Below are positions 58,435 through 63,947 of a DNA stretch of 63,947 nucleotides, piece after piece. The DNA is from a virus, in IMG/VR virus record IMGVR_UViG_3300045988_102022; one strand, given 5' to 3'. Under the pieces are notes generated by a model. The model made no database searches. It saw nothing but the letters and a program-made list of their open reading frames with translations, and had not been told where the DNA came from. The position numbers and the translations under genes are program-made. Every line of letters begins with the position of its first letter. Positions within the stretch are counted from its first letter, which is position 1.

Positions 58435-58798
58435 AGCCTAAAACCTCCTTCCTTGTAATCATGCCGTATTCTGTTTCTGCTTCATAGCTCAATGACATTT
58501 GCCGTGTAGCAGGATTAAAATCAATGTCGATGTTAACTAAATTGGTTACTCCGTCAACCTTCAAAATCTGCTCACGGAAAAGCTCTCTGATTAGGGTAAA
58601 GTTTGGATTTTTAATAAGCACATAATCAAGATAAGGTACGCCGTGCGTAACATCCAAAAACCACTCACCAAGGAACGTGAGAAGCTGAATTTTTATCTGC
58701 TGCGCCACACGCTCGGCATTGTCGATAAACATCACATCACCATTTAAAGCAAGGTCATGTGTCTTTGCATTTAAAGCAAGGTCAAGCATTGCCAACAC
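58412..58798 (-). CDS. Baseplate wedge initiator (W/gp25-position) protein
   Basis: 128 aa; ..AQQIKIQLLTFLGEWFLDVTHGVPY.. Confidence 0.45.
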   Translation of the reverse strand: MLAMLDLALNAKTHDLALNGDVMFIDNAERVAQQIKIQLLTFLGEWFLDVTHGVPYLDYVLIKNPNFTLIRELFREQILKVDGVTNLVNIDIDFNPATRQMSLSYEAETEYGMITRKEVLGYGVRSNG

Positions 58799-59444
58799 CT
58801 CCTAAATAGCTAGGAACGTATACATACAAATTATTGTCTTGAATCTGCGTCAACAAGCCACAATCAAGATAGAGCTTCTTTACAATACTTTTTTTATCGG
58901 GCGTTTCCACAACTTTGCCCCTATCCTCTACAAGGCAAATAAAGTCCATCTTGCTGTTAGACTGCCAGAACGATTCCGCATAATCATTAATTTGCGCAGC
59001 TTCTACGGCCCTGGCTTGCAGAACATCTTCTATAACAGCATCAAGCTCCGGCTGTTCAGCATCAACAACTTTTCCCCCGGAACTTCCTTCTGCATGCGCA
59101 GATGTTTCAGCCGTAGTATATTTGATTTTGTCGGCAAGGCTTTCTTTTAGCCAATCCCACGCATACCAATACGGCGTTAAATCAATACTGCCTACATCAG
59201 CATTGTATTTGATGCCATATTTTTCATCATCTTTGCATTTTAACGCTGCTTTTGTCTGCGATGTATAAGCACCACGGATAACAGCGCGAACAGAATCCGA
59301 TACACCATCAACATTGCTAAAATAGTTATCAATAGCTTTTTCTAGCTGGACAAAATACGTCCACGAGCTTGTCAGCGTAGGAAACGCCGCAATACAAGCA
59401 GCTTTTTGTTTTTCATAAACAATCGTAACTTCTTCTTTTTTCAT
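58782..59444 (-). CDS. Hypothetical baseplate-module protein
   Basis: 220-aa ORF. Confidence 0.4.
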   Translation of the reverse strand: MKKEEVTIVYEKQKAACIAAFPTLTSSWTYFVQLEKAIDNYFSNVDGVSDSVRAVIRGAYTSQTKAALKCKDDEKYGIKYNADVGSIDLTPYWYAWDWLKESLADKIKYTTAETSAHAEGSSGGKVVDAEQPELDAVIEDVLQARAVEAAQINDYAESFWQSNSKMDFICLVEDRGKVVETPDKKSIVKKLYLDCGLLTQIQDNNLYVYVPSYLGGVGNA

Positions 59445-59455
59445 TGTTTTTTACC

Positions 59456-60040
59456 TCAATGCGACGAACTTGTTTCGCCGTGCGGAGCTGTATGCGTATG
59501 TCCTATAAGGCTAATACCGCCACCCTGTACATCACCAGTGCAAGTTATCGTCCCTTGCACATTGATGTTACCAACAACATTTATCGTGTTGCCGGGCGTA
59601 AGGCTAAGCCTTGTGCCACCGTTGATAACTTCAACATTTTCAGCAGAAATTGACTGCGAGGGCATCATGCCGACAAAACAAAAGCCGTCGGTCAAATCAT
59701 ATTGCCGTGGGTCATGGTTATCATCACTGCCAGCTCCAAGCCATTCATCAATGCTGCGCTCAGAAAAGACTATCAAGCAGCTATCACCAGGCTTTACCGG
59801 ATAAGTAATCTGCGCCGCTCCTGCGTGGGGCATAAAAACAGGAACACCGTCGATAACAGGATATTCCAATACCCTATCATCGGCGGTGTATTTCTTCAGC
59901 GTTGACTTTACGCTTGCAAGGCAGGTTGCAGCATCAAAAGACAAAATTGTACCAGGCAGGCAGGTATGAATGTTGCCTATCTTCTGCTGCATAAGATTCT
60001 CCAATCCTTCCAGCGTATCAGCTGCTGCGTCAAGGCTCAT
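59456..60040 (-). CDS. Baseplate central spike (gpV / gp138-N-like)
   Basis: ..VPVFMPHAGAAQITYPVKPGDSCLIVFSERSIDEW.. OB-like core; C-terminal GHTHTAPHGE His-rich apex. Confidence 0.55.
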   Translation of the reverse strand: MSLDAAADTLEGLENLMQQKIGNIHTCLPGTILSFDAATCLASVKSTLKKYTADDRVLEYPVIDGVPVFMPHAGAAQITYPVKPGDSCLIVFSERSIDEWLGAGSDDNHDPRQYDLTDGFCFVGMMPSQSISAENVEVINGGTRLSLTPGNTINVVGNINVQGTITCTGDVQGGGISLIGHTHTAPHGETSSSH

Positions 60041-60046
60041 ATCTAA

Positions 60047-60943
60047 TCACTCCTTCGGCACAATCTCATACACTTCAAGCTCCGTATACCAGTTTTGACC
60101 GCTATACGAGCCGTTGTGTTTTAAGCTTTCTATCTTAAACCAGCCTTTAATTTCCTGTGAGTCGATGTATACCAAATCACCAGGGTTCAATACAGGTTGC
60201 AAAAGGCACTTAACATTCCAGCCTGCTTTTTTGTCCCTTTTCGGCTGAATGTTGCTTGCTTTTTTTTTCGCCGCTTTTGTCGGACCTTTAAGAAGTTTTT
60301 CGACAAAACCAATCAATCCGCTTTCGGGAGTAAGCTTTATTGCTTGCACATTGGTATTACCGCCTTGCTTGATAATTTGCAAGGTGTTGTTCTGAATGCT
60401 CCATTCCAAGTCAGTACCAGCGCACACCTTATCAAGACATTCACGCCCAGCGCCGACAAAAGAAAAGCCGTTGGCAAAGGTAGAGAACTCGCAATCATTA
60501 GCATAGGTTACTACCAATCCCATATCTACTGCAACATCGTCAATAGCTTTCTTCCTGCTAACATCTTTAGCATAAGACAAGGACACGATACTGTCACGGA
60601 TAGCAACATGGCCGTCATAAAGCTTTAGCTCAGTAACCTTGTCAGAACCGCTCATGTAGGAATAGCAGTCAGTTACCCAGCCTATAAAAATTCTTTTTAA
60701 GCCTGCGTCCTCGCTGTACCCTACCTCCAGGATGCAGATTGTATCTGCTCTTTCCAATTTGTCGGCAGTCGCTTTTGACAGGTTAAAAATCTTCAGCGAG
60801 CAGGAATTGCTTTGTTTGGCAAGGCTTTTTGCAATGTCAAATTCAATCTCCAATCCCTGCTCTTTCGCTTTTGCTTCGATAACTACGCCGTCAGAACCTT
60901 GCACGCCTAAAGTAATCTTATAAATGCGGTCAAACTGTGCCAT
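60047..60943 (-). CDS. Baseplate hub protein (XkdQ / gpD-position)
   Basis: 298 aa, two genes downstream of the tape-measure gene. Confidence 0.45.
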   Translation of the reverse strand: MAQFDRIYKITLGVQGSDGVVIEAKAKEQGLEIEFDIAKSLAKQSNSCSLKIFNLSKATADKLERADTICILEVGYSEDAGLKRIFIGWVTDCYSYMSGSDKVTELKLYDGHVAIRDSIVSLSYAKDVSRKKAIDDVAVDMGLVVTYANDCEFSTFANGFSFVGAGRECLDKVCAGTDLEWSIQNNTLQIIKQGGNTNVQAIKLTPESGLIGFVEKLLKGPTKAAKKKASNIQPKRDKKAGWNVKCLLQPVLNPGDLVYIDSQEIKGWFKIESLKHNGSYSGQNWYTELEVYEIVPKE

Positions 60944-60945
60944 AG

Positions 60946-61266
60946 TTAACCTCCATAAAATTCATCTTCTGTGCAATATACAAGCGTCGCTGCTCCGCTT
61001 TGAAAATCATTCCTGCCGACATTTTCTTTATCTGTTAAGACAAGAAATTCTCCCCTTGGAGCATTGACTTTATGATGGTTCATAAGCAAGGGAAATTTCG
61101 GCACAATACAGGCATTAGCAAGAATAACATTGTTGTTGGCGTCCCAAAGGTGCAATGTCCAAAACTGCCCTTCGTGATTCCAGCACATCCTTACTTTATA
61201 TTTTTCGCCGTCCAAAGGAACGCTAAAAACAACATCATTGCCATCAGCAAAATTAATTGTAATCAT
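60946..61266 (-). CDS. Hypothetical tail protein
   Basis: 106-aa ORF. Confidence 0.4.
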   Translation of the reverse strand: MITINFADGNDVVFSVPLDGEKYKVRMCWNHEGQFWTLHLWDANNNVILANACIVPKFPLLMNHHKVNAPRGEFLVLTDKENVGRNDFQSGAATLVYCTEDEFYGG

Positions 61267-61274
61267 ATTCCCTC

Positions 61275-61943
61275 CTAAAACAGCAAGCCTAATCCGCTTT
61301 TAATATTATCCACTCCACCAGCAAGCCAGCTTTTATTTGTTGCGGTTTCGCTCCCTAAGGAATCACCAAGGCCACCAGAATCACTACCGCTGGGAATATC
61401 AACAGAACCTCCGCCAACATCAACAGAAGATGTTTTTCCTGCGCCTGCGTTTGCAGCAGTTTCCCCGGCGTTTTCCTCCTGCGACGCTGTAACAACATTT
61501 TCGGGTATTGCCGTTGTCTGCGTGGTTACCTTAATAATCTGCTGAAAAGATAAATCGGCATAAATAATACTTTTAGAAGAATCTTGCTTGCTTACCCGGC
61601 AGGAAGTCATAACCATATTGTCATATTTCTTTTCAGGTCTAACGATGGTAACAGGCTCTTTCTTATCTCTAATTTCTTCCAGGAGCTGTAAGCCGTTGGC
61701 GAATTTCTTCTCTCCCCGCCCGTTCTGATAAAACCACGTTACAGGAGCAGACGAAATGCCGATGGTCATTGTCAGCTTTAAAGGCTTATTGACAATATGG
61801 TCAGCGATTTCAAACCCTGTTTCTACCGGGTGTCCTGTAACATCCTGGTCATAGGTGTATTCAAAAGATTTTACAATGTCAACCTTTAAAGAGCCGACTT
61901 GCGTAGGATTCTTGATGTTGTAACCTAAAATATCTGCCAGCAT
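61275..61943 (-). CDS. Tail/baseplate hub-associated protein (post-TMP position)
   Basis: Start set at the ATG at 61943 (1 nt after the TMP stop). Confidence 0.4.
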   Translation of the reverse strand: MLADILGYNIKNPTQVGSLKVDIVKSFEYTYDQDVTGHPVETGFEIADHIVNKPLKLTMTIGISSAPVTWFYQNGRGEKKFANGLQLLEEIRDKKEPVTIVRPEKKYDNMVMTSCRVSKQDSSKSIIYADLSFQQIIKVTTQTTAIPENVVTASQEENAGETAANAGAGKTSSVDVGGGSVDIPSGSDSGGLGDSLGSETATNKSWLAGGVDNIKSGLGLLF

Positions 61944-61944
61944 T

Positions 61945-63783
61945 TTACTTCGCCTCACTTAAAGGAAAATAGTTAGCAACAGGCCAACCGCTATTACGGC
62001 CAACGGCATTACCTACCGCAGTCGCTGTTGCTTCCGGGGAGGTGCTTGCAGTTGTAACCTGGATATAATTTGTTGTATTGCCACTATTGGAAATGTTGGA
62101 TGAAGTGTTTGTAGCACCGGGATTACCCAACAGGCGGTTTGTTGCAGTGCCGGCAAAATCTGTAATAGGATTAATGATATTGTTGTTTACAAAATCTTTC
62201 ACACCTTGCAGGATGTTTAACTTGCTGATTAATTTGTCAACCCAATTAATAGCATCTTTCACCCACTTGATTATACTGTCGAAAAAGCCGTTTATTAACT
62301 GCCATCCAAAATTTATGGTATCGGCAAAGAACGTAGCCACTGCCGTTAAGCCATCCTGGATAAATCTAAAAGCGTTAACAAACAGCATGATGATTCCTGC
62401 TATGACATAGCCTATTGCAGCAAGTCCGGAAACAAACGCATTGCCTATTCCTTGCCACAGCCAAGAAGTTAAATTCCAAATGCCTTCAAACGCCAATTTA
62501 AACAGCTCATAGATAAGCTTGGGCACAAAAGCAATAGCCGTTCCAATGTCGCTGAACCATTGAACAACGCTATTTTTGAAGTCGATAAATTTATTTTTTA
62601 TCGGCTCAAAATCTCCGAACCAACGCTTCATCATCGTGTCCGCTTTCGGGTCGGTCACCCATTTGTAAAAATCCTGGATAAGCAAAACAAGAAGCGCAAT
62701 TACAGCTGCAATCAGCAAGAATTTACCCATTACTAACATCTGCAAAGCAGCTCCCTTTCGCGTTTGGCTGTTGAACACTATTTGTGCACCTGTTGCCAGG
62801 AATAAAGCATCTCGTATAGCAACAATCCACTTTACAGCGGTTCCGAGCATCATTACAAAGCTGCTCCATTTTGCCATACCAAAAAGAATACCTGCATAAA
62901 TCGCTGCAATTCGCAGACCGGAAATAAAGTTATCAAGATTGATATTCTCTAGGTAGTCTGCAAATTTTGCCATGCTTTTCGCTATGCCGTCGACAATGCC
63001 CGTCTTGTCCTCAAATTCTTTAAAAAATTTTCCAAGCGCATTTTGCATCTTGTTTGTTGCCTGGCCAACAGTCCAGGGCATCTTACCTAACTCCATTTTT
63101 AAGCGGTCAGACTGTCCACGGATAGCATTAAAAACATCCTGCGCAGTCAATTTGCCTTCACTGCCCATCTGTCTTAATTGTCCGATTGTAGTTCCCATGC
63201 CTTCGGCAATAGCCTTTGCAAGCCTTGGTGCTTGCTCCATAATGGAGTTTAGTTCATCACCACGCAATGTACCGGAACCTAAAGCCTGTCCCAACTGTAC
63301 CAATGCAGCTTCTTGTGATGCAGCAGAACCGCCACCTAACAGCATTGCGTTTGAAACGTCCTCGGTAAACAGCAATATATCTTTAGTGCTTTTCTTTAAT
63401 TCCTGCGCATTACGTGCAACAGACGTATAAAGCTCAGCTGTAGAACCGTATTGCTGCCTGGTTCGGCTGGCAATGTTGTAAATCTCTTTCTGCACAGCTT
63501 TTGATTCCTGCTGGCTTTTGGTTACGTTATTTACCTGGCCTTCAATAACCTTCCATTCGTCAATCGTTTTAACGATACTTCCAAGAGATAGCGTAACGCC
63601 AGCGAACATAGCCAGTCCGCTTAACTTCGAAAACAAGCCATCTACTTTATTGCCAGCTTTATCGGCAGAATCGCCAACACGTTCAAGTCCTGTTTTAACT
63701 TTCTTGGTTGTCTGCTCTACATTCTTGACATTCGAGTTGTTTACCTTAAAGCCAATCGCAATAGCTAGGCTTCTTACGTCCAC
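61945..63783 (-). CDS. Tail tape measure protein
   Basis: 612 aa, GTG start after AAAGGAG. Helical N-terminal half and hydrophobic central segments; follows the chaperone gene across the junction. Confidence 0.75.
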   Translation of the reverse strand: MDVRSLAIAIGFKVNNSNVKNVEQTTKKVKTGLERVGDSADKAGNKVDGLFSKLSGLAMFAGVTLSLGSIVKTIDEWKVIEGQVNNVTKSQQESKAVQKEIYNIASRTRQQYGSTAELYTSVARNAQELKKSTKDILLFTEDVSNAMLLGGGSAASQEAALVQLGQALGSGTLRGDELNSIMEQAPRLAKAIAEGMGTTIGQLRQMGSEGKLTAQDVFNAIRGQSDRLKMELGKMPWTVGQATNKMQNALGKFFKEFEDKTGIVDGIAKSMAKFADYLENINLDNFISGLRIAAIYAGILFGMAKWSSFVMMLGTAVKWIVAIRDALFLATGAQIVFNSQTRKGAALQMLVMGKFLLIAAVIALLVLLIQDFYKWVTDPKADTMMKRWFGDFEPIKNKFIDFKNSVVQWFSDIGTAIAFVPKLIYELFKLAFEGIWNLTSWLWQGIGNAFVSGLAAIGYVIAGIIMLFVNAFRFIQDGLTAVATFFADTINFGWQLINGFFDSIIKWVKDAINWVDKLISKLNILQGVKDFVNNNIINPITDFAGTATNRLLGNPGATNTSSNISNSGNTTNYIQVTTASTSPEATATAVGNAVGRNSGWPVANYFPLSEAK

Positions 63784-63828
63784 GGCGTATCAGCTCCTTT
63801 CTTTTTAGGATGGTCAAGATAATATCTC
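63774..63828 (-). CDS. 3' end of the chaperone -1 frameshift extension (continuation of 1..218)
   Basis: ..QRYYLDHPKKKGADTPWT-stop; overlaps the TMP SD and start codon. Confidence 0.5.
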
Positions 63829-63947
63829 TGTACATCACTCTGCATATCAAGCATAGCGTTTATTTTACACAAATCGCCTAAAGTTACCGTGCCCTCTTTT
63901 AGTTCGGTCACAGTAACTATTTTTGCCAACACTGGCCGCCAAACAAA
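63829..63947. repeat. Terminal direct repeat, copy 2 (identical to 1..119)
   Basis: Read directly. Confidence 0.95.

Overview
The window is a complete, circularly closing phage genome. Bases 1-119 are identical to 63829-63947, so the unique length is about 63,828 bp. It is a temperate phage with a contractile tail and a PBSX/Mu-type baseplate. AGGAGG-type Shine-Dalgarno (SD) sites and RecU, RadC, DnaD/DnaC-like and BclA-like genes point to a Firmicutes-type host. Nearly all genes are on the minus strand.

Modules, in minus-strand transcription order:
- Lysogeny switch, lipoprotein and integrase (38.9-43.5 kb; the plus-strand genes are here).
- Early/replication region, about 38.3 down to 15.5 kb. 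It is driven by a family of near-consensus sigma-A-type promoters and contains an HTH regulator, a Sak4-like ATPase, a replisome organizer with internal iterons, a DnaC-like loader, SSB, RecU, three DNA methyltransferases, a pentapeptide-repeat protein, dUTPase, RadC and a ribosomal-protein-S6-like fusion.
- A 7-deazaguanine (predicted dPreQ0) DNA-modification cluster, folE-queE-queD-queC-dpdA (11.1-14.2 kb).
- Packaging, head and neck genes (9.3 down to 2.2 kb).
- Sheath, tube and chaperone genes, with a -1 frameshift product that runs across the contig junction.
- Tape measure, baseplate and fibre genes (63.8 down to 49.0 kb), then a lysis cassette (49.0-46.8 kb).
- A terminator-insulated accessory cluster next to the attP region (46.4-43.6 kb).

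I saw no rRNA, tRNA, CRISPR array or transposase.

The most unusual locus is a canonical radical-SAM/SPASM maturase gene inside the tail-fibre block. It is translationally coupled to a 62-aa glycine-rich ORF and a 386-aa glycine-rich fibre-like protein, and it sits exactly where one glycine-rich domain is split. Other leads:
- the bS6-like fusion protein;
- a two-hairpin RNA element, present twice with compensatory base changes;
- a GC-rich structured non-coding island;
- an in-frame TGA followed by a strong hairpin;
- two almost fully overlapping same-strand ORFs in the lysis region;
- a duplicated methyltransferase cassette flanking the pentapeptide-repeat gene.

All functional calls come from reading motifs and gene order by eye. 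No database search was run.
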